Notes: generated by a model not told the origin, from the sequence alone. Shown: positions 21,532 to 32,374, counted from the stretch's first letter. The stretch: DNA of 64,000 bases from Candidatus Poribacteria bacterium (GCA_965197475.1 CBDANF010000003.1:640001-704000), one strand, 5' to 3'. Translations and numbers: made by a program.

Positions 21532-21960
21532 ATGTGTGTAATTTTAGATGCGGATGCTTTTAGTAAATTCAAGGACCCTGAAAATGAAGATATGGTACCT
21601 GTGTGGAATTGGCTGGAAAATAAAAATGGCAAAATCGCATATTCTAATACGGAAAAAATAGAAAGAGAATGGAATCAAGCAAGGATGGATGACATTAGAG
21701 ATGAACTGAGAAAAGCAGGGAAAATCAAATTAGTATCTGCACAAGTTACACAACAAAAAGAGAATGAACTCAAAGGTAAATTAAAATCAAACGACGAGCA
21801 TATTATAGCTTTGGCAATTATGGCGAATGTAAAGGTATTAATCTCTGGTGGGGATGCAAAATTAATCAAAGACTTTAAGGATCGCGCTTTAGTTAAAGGC
21901 AAAGTGTACTTAAGAAAGCAACATGCACGCCTACTAACTAAAGATACTTGTCCAGAATGA
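21532..21960 (+). CDS. PIN-domain-like protein
   Basis: MCVILDADA, SNDEHIIALA, LISGGDAKLIKDF acidic pattern; 3 bp downstream of the ATPase. Confidence 0.7.
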   Translation: MCVILDADAFSKFKDPENEDMVPVWNWLENKNGKIAYSNTEKIEREWNQARMDDIRDELRKAGKIKLVSAQVTQQKENELKGKLKSNDEHIIALAIMANVKVLISGGDAKLIKDFKDRALVKGKVYLRKQHARLLTKDTCPE

Positions 21961-21970
21961 AGGAGTAATT

Positions 21971-23044
21971 ATGACAAAACATTTTAAAAAATCAATTTCA
22001 CGCTTCTCTTTTTTGTTTATCTTTCTGTTTTGCGTTGTATTTGCAGCAACAGCCCAGACTCCCCAACAGATTGCTCAAAAAGCGTTCCGATCTACGGTGC
22101 TCCTTGTTATGGAAGACAAGAACGGTCAACCGCTTTCATTAGGTAGTGGATTCTTTGTTAAGCAAGGACAGATTGCAACAAACCTCCACGTTGTTGAGGG
22201 TGCTACAAGAGGTTACGCAAAGTTAGTTGGTCAAAAGACAAAGTTTAACATTGAAGGCTACACCGCAATTGATGAGAAACGTGATCTGATAATTCTGAAG
22301 GTTACAGCTATTGGAACACAAGCTATCTCGCTTGGTAATAGTGATTTAGTGCAGGTTGGTGAGACGGTTTACGCTGTAGGTAACCCACGAGGCTTAGAAG
22401 GTACGTTCTCAGATGGAATTATCAGTAGTATTCGCCCGGTTGGTAATGACAAACTAATTCAGGTTACCGCGCCACTTTCTCCGGGCAGCAGTGGCGGTCC
22501 TGTGCTAAATAGAAAAGGAGAAGTTATAGGTGTTTCTATTTTGACTATTCGAGATGGACAGAATCTCAACTTCGCGATTCCTTCAAACTATCTCAAAACT
22601 CTTATAGCCAAGGTGGGAGTCAAGATACCTTTGTCTCAAGCGAAACCTACCAAAGGACAATCCTCTTTACTCAAGACATTCGGTACCGAAAAGGTCCAGA
22701 GGGTAACTGGAGGCAAGTTTGTATGGAATGACATCTCGCTCGTGCCTAGAAAACTCGGATATACGTTTTCCTTGCGAAATAAACTCCGTGAAAACATTAA
22801 AAATGTTCATTACCTCGTAATCTTCTACGACGAACTAGGCGATCCGATTGATGCAACTTTTGAAGTGTTTCCGGAAATAATACCTGCTGGTTTAGCTAGG
22901 CGCCATAGAGGAACAGTTAGCGACTCTAGCGTTAGATATCTGTCTACAAAATATGAGTCGCGGGTAGAATCCTTCCCAGAAATCCTAACGGTAAAGGAAA
23001 CCTATGTGAAGTTCAGAATCCTGGATTTTGAAATAGTTAAATGA
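21971..23044 (+). CDS. secreted trypsin-like serine protease
   Basis: Signal peptide; TNLHVV / DLIILK / PGSSGGP triad. Confidence 0.88.
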   Translation: MTKHFKKSISRFSFLFIFLFCVVFAATAQTPQQIAQKAFRSTVLLVMEDKNGQPLSLGSGFFVKQGQIATNLHVVEGATRGYAKLVGQKTKFNIEGYTAIDEKRDLIILKVTAIGTQAISLGNSDLVQVGETVYAVGNPRGLEGTFSDGIISSIRPVGNDKLIQVTAPLSPGSSGGPVLNRKGEVIGVSILTIRDGQNLNFAIPSNYLKTLIAKVGVKIPLSQAKPTKGQSSLLKTFGTEKVQRVTGGKFVWNDISLVPRKLGYTFSLRNKLRENIKNVHYLVIFYDELGDPIDATFEVFPEIIPAGLARRHRGTVSDSSVRYLSTKYESRVESFPEILTVKETYVKFRILDFEIVK

Positions 23045-23151
23045 TGTTATAAGTTACAGAACTACCACTATGTTTGAGCTTGCCCTTACCTAATAAAATT
23101 ATCTTATAAACATCAATAGACTTGCTTTGGAACTGAAAAGAGAATTTTATA

Positions 23152-24162
23152 ATGAAGAATAATGCTATACCGGTTGCCCAAAAAGCCTTAGATTCTACGG
23201 TACTCTTGGTTACAGAAGATGTCAACGATCAACCACTATCTTTTGGTAGTGGATTCTTCGTTGGGGATGATCTGATAGCTACTAATCTTCATGTTGTTCA
23301 TGGTGCTAAAAAATGCTTCACAAAACTGTTTGGTAAGGAAGAAATGTACGAAGTTGCAGGCTATATCGCTATTGATCCGGAAAACGATTTGATCGTTCTA
23401 AAGGTTCAAGACTTTAATGAACTAGTAGTTCCTCTTAATCTTGACGATAATATTTCTGTTTACATTGGCGAAACAGTTTACGCCGTAGGCAATCCAGAAG
23501 GGTACGAAGGTACTGTCTCGGATGGCATTATAAGCGGCATCCGCGATGCCAACAAATTGATTCAGATGACCACTCCAATTTCTCATGGGAGCAGTGGTGG
23601 CCCCGTAATAAACAGCAATGGTAAAGTGATAGGAGTTTCTGTTTTAAGTTGCATCAATGGACAAAATCTTAACTTTGCTATTCCTTCAATTTACGTTAGA
23701 AAATTGATTGAGAACGTAGAAGAACTAACCCCAAAGTACTTATTATTTTCGAAACTTGCAGGAGTAATATGGGTTAATGAAGAATTGAGATGGGTGGAAT
23801 CAGACAGGCTAATGAATACTTACCATTTCACCTTGTTAAATCAGCGGCGTAAAACCATAAGAAAAATACATTGTCTTGTCATCTTCAGAGGAAATAACAA
23901 CGAGTTAATTCATATAGATTTTTGGGAGTCTTCAGAGGAAATACCAGCTGGAGAAAAAAAGAATATAATTCGGAGTAGTATTTTCGACATTTTCTCAGGA
24001 GAACAGATCGAAGATTTTGAGGTTGACGACATACTCTTTGCAGCAACAGTATTTGGTAGCCAGGGTTCGGACCTTAATGCCCGTAGTCTTATCTCACCTA
24101 AAATTAAGCAGCTAGCGAAAACCTACGAAGTTAAAGTAGTTAATTTTGAAGTAGTAGAATAA
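23152..24162 (+). CDS. trypsin-like serine protease, paralogue without signal peptide
   Basis: TNLHVV / DLIVLK / HGSSGGP triad; protease domain closely parallels the upstream gene. Confidence 0.88.
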   Translation: MKNNAIPVAQKALDSTVLLVTEDVNDQPLSFGSGFFVGDDLIATNLHVVHGAKKCFTKLFGKEEMYEVAGYIAIDPENDLIVLKVQDFNELVVPLNLDDNISVYIGETVYAVGNPEGYEGTVSDGIISGIRDANKLIQMTTPISHGSSGGPVINSNGKVIGVSVLSCINGQNLNFAIPSIYVRKLIENVEELTPKYLLFSKLAGVIWVNEELRWVESDRLMNTYHFTLLNQRRKTIRKIHCLVIFRGNNNELIHIDFWESSEEIPAGEKKNIIRSSIFDIFSGEQIEDFEVDDILFAATVFGSQGSDLNARSLISPKIKQLAKTYEVKVVNFEVVE

Positions 24163-24284
24163 ATGAAACTACTGAACAATCGTGTTTGATGTGTAGAGGT
24201 CAAGTACCAATACCGTTTTACAGAATATTGTTTTATCCACACTTCTGATTTTATCCCCTTATCTGAACAGGACTAAATATTCTC

Positions 24285-24313
24285 TTGACACTCTGCACAG
24301 TACCACATATAAT
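24285..24313 (+). promoter_or_regulatory. sigma70 consensus promoter
   Basis: TTGACA-17 bp-TATAAT. Confidence 0.8.
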
Positions 24314-24349
24314 AACCCCAAAAAACCCACATCTATGCGGAGATTTCAC

Positions 24350-24982
24350 ATGCCAACAATCGAAAAAGTTTTTGACTCACCTGGTCCACAACCTAACGGA
24401 ATGCAAGCCACCGAAGAAGGTCTCTGGATTCTTGACCAACGGAGCAATGAAGTGCATCTCGTCTTTTTTGACGGTGTAGTGAAAAAGACACTTGCCACTG
24501 GCTCAGACAAAGGGAGCGGTATAACACACACTGGCACAACCCTCTGGCTTGCCTCTACCTATAGCTGCGAAATCCTGTTGACCGAACCAGAAAACGGCAA
24601 AACCCTTGCCTCTTTTGATACACCTGGTGCTGGACAGACAGGTGCACACGGCTTAGAATGGCGCGACAATAAACTCTGGATGGCGGTGCCACCCTCAGCC
24701 ACTATCTATCAAGTTGATGTTGAAAACGATTTTACAGTTATTCATAAGTTCCCTGCGCCTGGTGGCAGACCGCACGGCATCGCATGGATAGGGGACGACC
24801 TCTGGTGCGTTGAGACGAACCACCGCGCAATCTATCATCTCAATCCACAAGATGGCAGCCATCTGAACAAAATTGAGATACCGGAACCACACCCCGAACC
24901 GCATGGCATGACCTACTGGGACGGATACTTCTGGTATTGTGATGCACACACAACCGCTGTCTGCCGAGTGGCACTATCCTAA
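24350..24982 (+). CDS. beta-propeller repeat protein (glutamine cyclotransferase/NHL-like)
   Basis: Repeated PG..PHG.AW.GD.LW..D units. Confidence 0.7.
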   Translation: MPTIEKVFDSPGPQPNGMQATEEGLWILDQRSNEVHLVFFDGVVKKTLATGSDKGSGITHTGTTLWLASTYSCEILLTEPENGKTLASFDTPGAGQTGAHGLEWRDNKLWMAVPPSATIYQVDVENDFTVIHKFPAPGGRPHGIAWIGDDLWCVETNHRAIYHLNPQDGSHLNKIEIPEPHPEPHGMTYWDGYFWYCDAHTTAVCRVALS

Positions 24983-25764
24983 TGAAAACTATCGGACGAC
25001 TCTTAGATATGGGAAAAAACTGCGCGGCGATGAACATGGCAATTGATGAAGCAATTCTGATCGTGCAGAAGGAACATCCAAACCCAACGTTGCGGTTTTA
25101 CGATTGGACTACACCAGCATTCAGTTTCGGCTATTTCCAAGATATTGCCTCAGAAGTGGACGTTGAGGCATGCCGTGCAGAGAACATTGAATTGGTCAAG
25201 CGGATGACCGGCGGCGGCACGGTCGTGCATGGGTGGGATTTAACCTACACGCTAATTCTTCCACGCCATGCTGGAGAAATGGGTGTTTCCGATGCGTATC
25301 AACAAATAGGAAAAAGTCTCGTCAAGGCGTTTGCAACACTTGATATTCCAGCAAAATGTTACGGTACCAGTGCCGATCCCTCACAATCTTCCCAAAATAT
25401 TTGTCTGACAAATCCCGCTGAAAATGATGTGATGTGCAACGATAAAAAACTGGCAGGTGTCTCGGTCCGACGCAACCGAAACGGTGTGATGTTTCAAGGA
25501 TATATCTCATTGAATATGCCGCCAGACCCCATCCTCAAACGCGTTTCAAAACATACTGAGATTCAACAGATGCTATATGAGAAATCTGCAGCTATTAATA
25601 ACGAAGGACGTTTCTTCACCAGAAACGATCTCATCCGATCAATCTGTGAAACATTTGAGGTTGGAATTGCGTTTAATATAGGAAAACTGTCGCTAACAGA
25701 GAAGGCACAAGCAGAGATGTTAGTTAATACGAAGTATGCTACGGCAGCGTGGAATTTTCACTGA
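24982..25764 (+). CDS. lipoate-protein ligase A / LipM-like protein
   Basis: NMAIDEA, PTLRFYDW, RMTGGGTVVH, KKLAG; TAATG overlap with the upstream gene. Confidence 0.85.
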   Translation: MKTIGRLLDMGKNCAAMNMAIDEAILIVQKEHPNPTLRFYDWTTPAFSFGYFQDIASEVDVEACRAENIELVKRMTGGGTVVHGWDLTYTLILPRHAGEMGVSDAYQQIGKSLVKAFATLDIPAKCYGTSADPSQSSQNICLTNPAENDVMCNDKKLAGVSVRRNRNGVMFQGYISLNMPPDPILKRVSKHTEIQQMLYEKSAAINNEGRFFTRNDLIRSICETFEVGIAFNIGKLSLTEKAQAEMLVNTKYATAAWNFH

Positions 25765-25890
25765 TATTGAGCCTTTTCATTAGAACTTAGATATATCCAG
25801 TTTTGGCACATATAAATCGGGCTTACAAAGTTCCCCTCCCACAAGATTGCCTCGCGACAACTGAATGCTCTGATTTGAACCAATTTGACG

Positions 25891-25919
25891 TTGACATGAA
25901 GGTAAATTCAGAGTACACT
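25891..25919 (+). promoter_or_regulatory. sigma70-like promoter
   Basis: TTGACA-17 bp-TACACT upstream of the PhyH gene. Confidence 0.6.
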
Positions 25920-25969
25920 CTTGCAAACTAAAGTAAAACGACACCATGTCGCTTCTATAGGGAGAAACA

Positions 25970-26809
25970 ATGGACCCGCTTTGTTTAGAACACTGTTTGA
26001 CCGAAACAGAAAAACAACAATTTGAAGATAACGGTTACTTTATAGTTGAGGATGCCGTTCCACAGGATATAGTTGAGAAGTTGATTGTTGCTTTTGACCG
26101 AGTCGGCGCGGAACACTTGGGCAAAGACGAACTTCCTCCCAAGGCAAGTTTCAACATACTTGACTTCGTTGGTAGGGATGAAATTTTTATTGAGCTGCTG
26201 GATTGGCACACAACGTTTCCGAAAGTGTGGGGAATTTTGGGTTGGAATATCAAACTCTATCACTCACACATGATTGCGCTGCCGCCTGAAGAACACGACA
26301 AACGTAGACGGCTTGGATGGCATCAAGATAGTGGACAACTCAACATTGAATTGGAAGGTAACCCGCGCCCGCGCGTATCGCTGAAGGTTGCATATTTTTT
26401 GACCGATACATCTGTGCCGGGACGCGGTAACTTTTCTGTCATACCGGGCAGCCAAAAATTCAACAAGGTAAAAATGCCTGAAGATGATAAGGCTAACCCT
26501 GAAAACGCTACCCCTGTATTTGCCAAACCCGGAACGGCAGTGTTTTTTGACCGCAGGTTATGGCACGCAGTCGGACGCAATACTTCTGATATCATTCGTA
26601 AGGTGATTTTCTACGACTACAGTTACCGTTGGCTGCAACCTCGGGACAACATGACTGTGGAACACTATATGAAAAAATCCGACCCAATTCGTCAGCAGAT
26701 TTTGGGCAAAAGCACAGGTGGGATGGGGTATACTTCCCCTGGTGACAAAGACGTTCCGCTCCGCGCATGGATTCAGGAAAATCTTGGTTCCGAAGCAGTT
26801 GCACGTTAG
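25970..26809 (+). CDS. phytanoyl-CoA dioxygenase (PhyH) family protein
   Basis: FEDNGYFIV, WHQD, VIPGSQ, GTAVFFDRRLWHA. Confidence 0.9.
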   Translation: MDPLCLEHCLTETEKQQFEDNGYFIVEDAVPQDIVEKLIVAFDRVGAEHLGKDELPPKASFNILDFVGRDEIFIELLDWHTTFPKVWGILGWNIKLYHSHMIALPPEEHDKRRRLGWHQDSGQLNIELEGNPRPRVSLKVAYFLTDTSVPGRGNFSVIPGSQKFNKVKMPEDDKANPENATPVFAKPGTAVFFDRRLWHAVGRNTSDIIRKVIFYDYSYRWLQPRDNMTVEHYMKKSDPIRQQILGKSTGGMGYTSPGDKDVPLRAWIQENLGSEAVAR

Positions 26810-26839
26810 TAAAATTACGGGCGGGCACACTGACCTACC

Positions 26840-29800
26840 CTATGAAAAATGATCAGGTAGTTTAACCATCCTGTTCGCGGCTAATTGGAAAATCCCTGTT
26901 TGGATAAACTTTTTTAAGAGAGGGTTTATCTGCTGAATAATAGCTTTGCTGATAGATTTGTAACCGAAAAGTTTAGCGGCTTCCCTTATCAACGCTTCAG
27001 GTGTGATAGCACCTTGTAAGGTTAGAACAAGCTTCATTGCCTCAACAATTTCCTCTTCACATATCCACTCAATTTTGGGTTTGGTCCGACAACGAACCTT
27101 TATCTCTCTATGGTTTGTTGCCCACAGAAAATCACCATTCTTATAAATAAGTTTGTCTCTTTGGGCAGCTGCTACACCCTTCTCAATCTTATTTTTAATT
27201 CGCTCTCCTGCTCGTTTTAATCCCCAGAGTTGACGGATTCGAAGGGCAACCAAGTCAGTATGAACAGGACTCTCGATTTTTACAACCTCTCTCACGGCTT
27301 TGGCGAGTTGGGATGTAGTTTGCAGGTGCAGCTCACCTTGCATTTGGATTTCTAGATCTTTACAAGTTTGGTAATCCTGAACATGGTCTGCAATAGAGAG
27401 AGGTTCCGAGGGATTCAGATTGGGTTCAGAAGGGGCCGGCTCGGATGGTTTTGGCGGATCAATAGGTTCTGGTATTGGAACTGGTGACAATTTTTCAGTT
27501 TTGGCACTCTCAATAGTCTCCAAAAGCCGCTGTCTTGTTTCCGCACGATTGCGATACCAATCTGTTGACCAAATACGGTGGAGTTTCCATCCTAAGCTTT
27601 CAAGTTGCTGCTGTCGTAATCTATCCCTATCTCTTGCTACAGGTGAACTGTGATAAGGTGCTCCATCACATTCAATGCCGATAAGATAACTTCCGGGCGC
27701 GGTTGGATTGACCACCGCCAAATCAATCCGATAACCTGCATGCCCAACCTGTTTTCTGACAGTGTAACCTTCACTTCTCATAAATTCATACACAGATTCT
27801 TCAAACGGAGACTCAAGATCAGGATCTGACGGTTCAGATCTATCTACTGATAGATTTCCTGTTTCAGCATATTCAAGAAAAGTCTTCAGGGCTTTCACTC
27901 CAATAGACGTATTATCTTCTAATTGAAGATCACTGGCACGAAAGTTTGAGAAGACAACACACTTCTCGCGAGCACGCGTGATAAGAACATTCAAACGACG
28001 TTGTCCACCATCGTTGTTGAGAGGACCAAATCTTTTGTAGAGTTTTCCTTCCTTGGTAAATCCATAGCCGACACTTATAAAAATAACGTCACGTTCATCA
28101 CCCTGAATTGTTTCCAGATTTTTAACGAAAAAATATTCATCTCGGTTGCTCGCAAAAAATTCTTCCATTTCTGGTTGCTGCTGGAGTTGGACTTCAAATT
28201 CGTCAAGAATTGCTTGTTGTTGTTTTACGCCAAAGGTCCCTATGCCAAGACTTTTATTTGGATAATTTCGGTAATGCGCAAACGCTTCTTTAACGACAGC
28301 TTGTGCCTCTTTTCGATTAGTTCCTCGGTCATAGACAGCATCACGGATATGCACAAGTTTTAGTCCTAAGTGTTCTGACTTATCAATAGCCGAAGGAAAA
28401 ATAAGCATGCTGTTGTCATAGAATTCCTGATTGGAAACAGCGATAAGGGACTCGTGTCGACTCCGATAATGCCATTTCAGTTCCTTTACAGGAAAACTTT
28501 GCCGGCATTGGTTTAAAATACTTTCCATGTCAATGATTGAGACGGTAAAATCATCTTCGTCTTCTTCTTCAGCATCGTCAACAATTTTATCAAAAAAACG
28601 GGTAGGAGGTAGTTGTCGTGTATCACCAATAACAATAGCTTGTTTACCTCGCAAAAGCGCACCAAGCGCGTACTCTGGTCGAATTTGGCTTGCCTCATCA
28701 AACACAATTACATCAAATTCAATCATTTGTGGATCGCAGAACTGTGCTACAGAGAGCGGACTCATCATAAAGCAAGGTTTTATTCGTTGGATTAACCCAC
28801 CAACAGCTGTTAACAACTCTCTAATACGCATAGCATTAGGACCTTTCGTTAGGCCAAATTGTGCTTGTAATTTTCCTGTTTCTGACTCTTGAGATGCCCC
28901 TTTATACAAGCGAGGACGGTTCTGGTGTAATTGAGTAACGAGACGCAGGCGATTCAATTTAATAATTTCTTTGTCAAGTTCGCGGAAACCTGCTATCTTT
29001 CTTTCATGTAGATTAAAGACAAAATCGCGCAGTTCAGGTCGGTCATGAAATGCTTTGTGGAGAAAAGCATCAGCAATATTTCCCTCAAAGCATGAAACTA
29101 TGTCCTCTGGTGCAAGCATATCGTTTTCAATTCTATTAATTAGTGGTTGCGCAACGGTTTGTTTGCAAGCGTCGCGACATCTTACATACGATTCCCACGG
29201 TTGGAGGCGGGTTAATCCTTGCTCCCATAATTTGAGGCGCGAACGTAGTTCAGCGAAGGGGATTTCTTTGGATCCTACACCAAATAAGATATTTGCATCG
29301 GTACCAAGATGATTAAACAAAGCATCACGTTGTTGCGTAAAATCGTTTTCTGCAATTTTAACCTGGTTGACGAGATCTTCAATTTGTTTCTGATTTACTC
29401 CAATGCTGACTATATCAATAACTTGTTCTGTAAAAATACCTCCAATTAGTTGTGTGCGAAAATCCACAATCCATTCTACAAATTCGTTTAGGCGTTTTAG
29501 CTTGCTATCTTCACCGTGCCAGTATCTACCAAATAAATCCTGTCCTGTTTGTTCCATATCTTGAATCTCTGCTCGGATTTCAGTACATTGTGACAATTTC
29601 GCGAGGTCTGTGATAAGTTGTTCCGGTTTTTTAGGCAGATCACCGATGTCGTCGTGGATGAATTGTATCCATGAATCAAATAACGGTAGTTCTGTTTTCC
29701 ACATTTCAAGCCGTGAAGAGATTTCAGTGAAGGCTACATCTTCTGCATCTAAACCGAATAGGGTTTTGGAGTCAAGTTCAAGTTGGCTGAGTAGGGTTAC

Positions 29801-32374
29801 GTATTCTCCCACAAATTCTTTGTGTTTTATTTTGGCTTGCTCAATAAGGTTTTTCAGGCGTTCACTTTCAATTCCTTCACTAACAATATCTACTGACCTG
29901 TCAATCAGCGTACCATCAAGAAGCTCTTTCCGAAATAACACAATCCATTCCGCAAACTGGCGGAGTTGGTTAGGATCGCTATCTTCTGCTTTCCAATAAG
30001 ATCCAAATAGAGACCGTCCATGCTGCTCCAATGCCTGTATCTCTTTTCGCATGTTAATACAGCGTGCTAATTCATCAAGGGAGGCAAGAATTTCCTCAAT
30101 TTTGCGGGGTGGTTTATCTTTGTAAAAGCTGCGAATCTGCTTTTTAATAGAATTGTATTTGCTGTGGAAGAGTCGAAAAAGCGGAAACATCCCACACAAG
30201 TTTCTATATTCATCATGCAGTGAGTCAATTTCTCGTTCCAAAGCTGCTGGTTTGAAAATAGTCAGCGCATGTGTCAGAATTTCCTGAACGTTTTCAACTT
30301 GCTTAATAAGTTTTTCAGCTTCAGGATTGGGACTATTCCATGCTTCATTGAGTAACATTTCTTGCTCAACAGGAATTGACTTTTCCATCACATCTGCGGC
30401 ATTGAGCATGGACTGGAAACCTTCAGGTGTGCTGATGGGTTGGATGCCGCAAATTTCCTCAATATCACGGATTGTCTCTTCTAAAGCGCGTGAAGCTTCC
30501 GAGGTACTGATGAGTTGATCAGTGTTAAACTTGGCGTGGGCCTCAACAATGCTTTTCTGCACGTCTTCAACTTTCCTGATTAATATACCAGACTCAAGGT
30601 TTGGGTGATTCCAAGCATCGTTTAATAAAACCTCTCGTTCAACAGGGATTGCCTTTGATACTACACTACCACCTATCAAGGCTTGTGGTAAGGTTTCCAG
30701 CATCGTAGGGATGTGAAGCGCACAAACATCAACGAGATCGTGAATTGCTTTTTCCAAAGCATCCAAGGCATTAACGCATGTTCCAATTAACGTTTTCGTG
30801 TGTTCTATGTAGACAGGTGTTACGATGTCAGGTTTGCAACCACGCCAAGGATTATTAGATATAGGAGTTACAAGAGGCAGTATAGTTGCGAGCTTATTAA
30901 GACATTCCTTTGCTGTGTCCCAACAATCCGGTGTAGTTTCGGATGGATTAGCAAACGTAATCCACGGCATGTCGCGCTCAACCTCTTCAAAATGACATTG
31001 TGCCATTTCGCGAATTCCAAAAAGTGTAAAAGGAGACTTTTGTGTCTGATTAATAGGTTCATGGAGTGCATTGGGATAGGCGTTGAGGATCTTTTTCTGG
31101 CTATCGATTTGATCAAAGATCTGATTCTGCCATGTTTTTTTCGGAGGATCTGCAGAACAAGTTCGTTCAAGTTCCTCTAACACCTTTTTCCTATTAGATT
31201 TGTGACTGTGCAACTCCAAGCAAAAGTCACCGAGTCCAACACTGCCAAGCCGTTCTTTTACGACTTCAAGCGCAGCCATCTTCTCACTGACAAAAAGCAC
31301 TTTTTTGCCAGCAGCAAGAAGTTCGGCAATCATATTTGCAATAGTTTGAGACTTGCCAGTTCCCGGTGGACCTTCAACTACCAAATTACGTCCTCTTTTA
31401 ACTTCTTCTATGACTGCAATTTGAGAAGAATCTGCGTCCATCACGTGATAGAAATCTCGACTTGGTACTTTGTCAACTTCTTCCGATCTAAACTCACCAT
31501 TTCCAAGTAGTTGAGGTGATTTTCCAAGGACCGCTGCAAGTAAAGGATGTGTTCCTATTGCCCATGCCTTTGAGCCCAAATCATTGTACATTACAAATTT
31601 GGTGAAACTGAAAAAATCAAGATAAATATCTGGTACAACACGCCAGTTATCCTGGTGGGACACTGCACCAGTCACAGCATCAAAATAGGTATCAACAGCA
31701 GTTTTATCCTCAAACGTTTTAAGATCGGGAAGTTCAACACCTTGATCTCTAAGTTTGGCATCCAGAGATATGTTTGGTAATATTTCTGCCCCACTCCAAC
31801 AAAGGCTGAATCGGGTGCGAACCTTTTTATGTTGTTTTAACTCAACTGGTATCAGAATTAGTGGTGCCTTGATAAACTGATTGGAATGTTTAATTTCTGT
31901 CCATTCGAGAAAGCCAAGGGCAAGATATAGTATGGAATAACCCTGTTCTCTAAAGACTGTTTCAGCCTGTCTATGAACATAGGATAACTTTTTGAGGAGT
32001 TCTTCTTTTGTCAAATTGGTCTGTAAAAGACGATCAGTATGGTGCTTCAAGGGTTCAGTGTCTGGTAAGTTGGGAAGAGGCAAGTACTCATTAAGAGCTT
32101 CCTCCTCAAAAAGCAACCGAATTTCTTCCTCGGAAATCTCTGATGGTTTAAATTGCATGGTCTTTGGTTGCAAAACGAGAATGTCAAAAATTTCTTTCGG
32201 AATCTCATCAACTACTTGAATAGTTCGTAGACTGTTTGGTTTTGGCTGATAGTTTAACAATCTATTTCCTAACGTTAGGTCAAGAAGGCGTTTACGTGCC
32301 TCTTGCACCTCTTGTTCAATCTTGGATTTGATAGAAGTGTTTTCTACATTGAAAACATTGTTTTCGCTTTTCAT
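26840..32374 (-). CDS. DUF4011 / SF1 (UPF1-like) helicase / Vsr-like nuclease / DUF3320 protein (Hhe-like)
   Basis: RLLDLTLGNRLLN, YLALGFLEW, GPPGTGKSQT, FDEASQ, GDTRQLPP, HYRSRHE, ETIQGDERD, RRLNVLITRAR, ESPFEE...IDLAV...IECDG...RDRDR...RIWS. Confidence 0.9.
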   Translation of the reverse strand: MKSENNVFNVENTSIKSKIEQEVQEARKRLLDLTLGNRLLNYQPKPNSLRTIQVVDEIPKEIFDILVLQPKTMQFKPSEISEEEIRLLFEEEALNEYLPLPNLPDTEPLKHHTDRLLQTNLTKEELLKKLSYVHRQAETVFREQGYSILYLALGFLEWTEIKHSNQFIKAPLILIPVELKQHKKVRTRFSLCWSGAEILPNISLDAKLRDQGVELPDLKTFEDKTAVDTYFDAVTGAVSHQDNWRVVPDIYLDFFSFTKFVMYNDLGSKAWAIGTHPLLAAVLGKSPQLLGNGEFRSEEVDKVPSRDFYHVMDADSSQIAVIEEVKRGRNLVVEGPPGTGKSQTIANMIAELLAAGKKVLFVSEKMAALEVVKERLGSVGLGDFCLELHSHKSNRKKVLEELERTCSADPPKKTWQNQIFDQIDSQKKILNAYPNALHEPINQTQKSPFTLFGIREMAQCHFEEVERDMPWITFANPSETTPDCWDTAKECLNKLATILPLVTPISNNPWRGCKPDIVTPVYIEHTKTLIGTCVNALDALEKAIHDLVDVCALHIPTMLETLPQALIGGSVVSKAIPVEREVLLNDAWNHPNLESGILIRKVEDVQKSIVEAHAKFNTDQLISTSEASRALEETIRDIEEICGIQPISTPEGFQSMLNAADVMEKSIPVEQEMLLNEAWNSPNPEAEKLIKQVENVQEILTHALTIFKPAALEREIDSLHDEYRNLCGMFPLFRLFHSKYNSIKKQIRSFYKDKPPRKIEEILASLDELARCINMRKEIQALEQHGRSLFGSYWKAEDSDPNQLRQFAEWIVLFRKELLDGTLIDRSVDIVSEGIESERLKNLIEQAKIKHKEFVGEYVTLLSQLELDSKTLFGLDAEDVAFTEISSRLEMWKTELPLFDSWIQFIHDDIGDLPKKPEQLITDLAKLSQCTEIRAEIQDMEQTGQDLFGRYWHGEDSKLKRLNEFVEWIVDFRTQLIGGIFTEQVIDIVSIGVNQKQIEDLVNQVKIAENDFTQQRDALFNHLGTDANILFGVGSKEIPFAELRSRLKLWEQGLTRLQPWESYVRCRDACKQTVAQPLINRIENDMLAPEDIVSCFEGNIADAFLHKAFHDRPELRDFVFNLHERKIAGFRELDKEIIKLNRLRLVTQLHQNRPRLYKGASQESETGKLQAQFGLTKGPNAMRIRELLTAVGGLIQRIKPCFMMSPLSVAQFCDPQMIEFDVIVFDEASQIRPEYALGALLRGKQAIVIGDTRQLPPTRFFDKIVDDAEEEDEDDFTVSIIDMESILNQCRQSFPVKELKWHYRSRHESLIAVSNQEFYDNSMLIFPSAIDKSEHLGLKLVHIRDAVYDRGTNRKEAQAVVKEAFAHYRNYPNKSLGIGTFGVKQQQAILDEFEVQLQQQPEMEEFFASNRDEYFFVKNLETIQGDERDVIFISVGYGFTKEGKLYKRFGPLNNDGGQRRLNVLITRAREKCVVFSNFRASDLQLEDNTSIGVKALKTFLEYAETGNLSVDRSEPSDPDLESPFEESVYEFMRSEGYTVRKQVGHAGYRIDLAVVNPTAPGSYLIGIECDGAPYHSSPVARDRDRLRQQQLESLGWKLHRIWSTDWYRNRAETRQRLLETIESAKTEKLSPVPIPEPIDPPKPSEPAPSEPNLNPSEPLSIADHVQDYQTCKDLEIQMQGELHLQTTSQLAKAVREVVKIESPVHTDLVALRIRQLWGLKRAGERIKNKIEKGVAAAQRDKLIYKNGDFLWATNHREIKVRCRTKPKIEWICEEEIVEAMKLVLTLQGAITPEALIREAAKLFGYKSISKAIIQQINPLLKKFIQTGIFQLAANRMVKLPDHFS

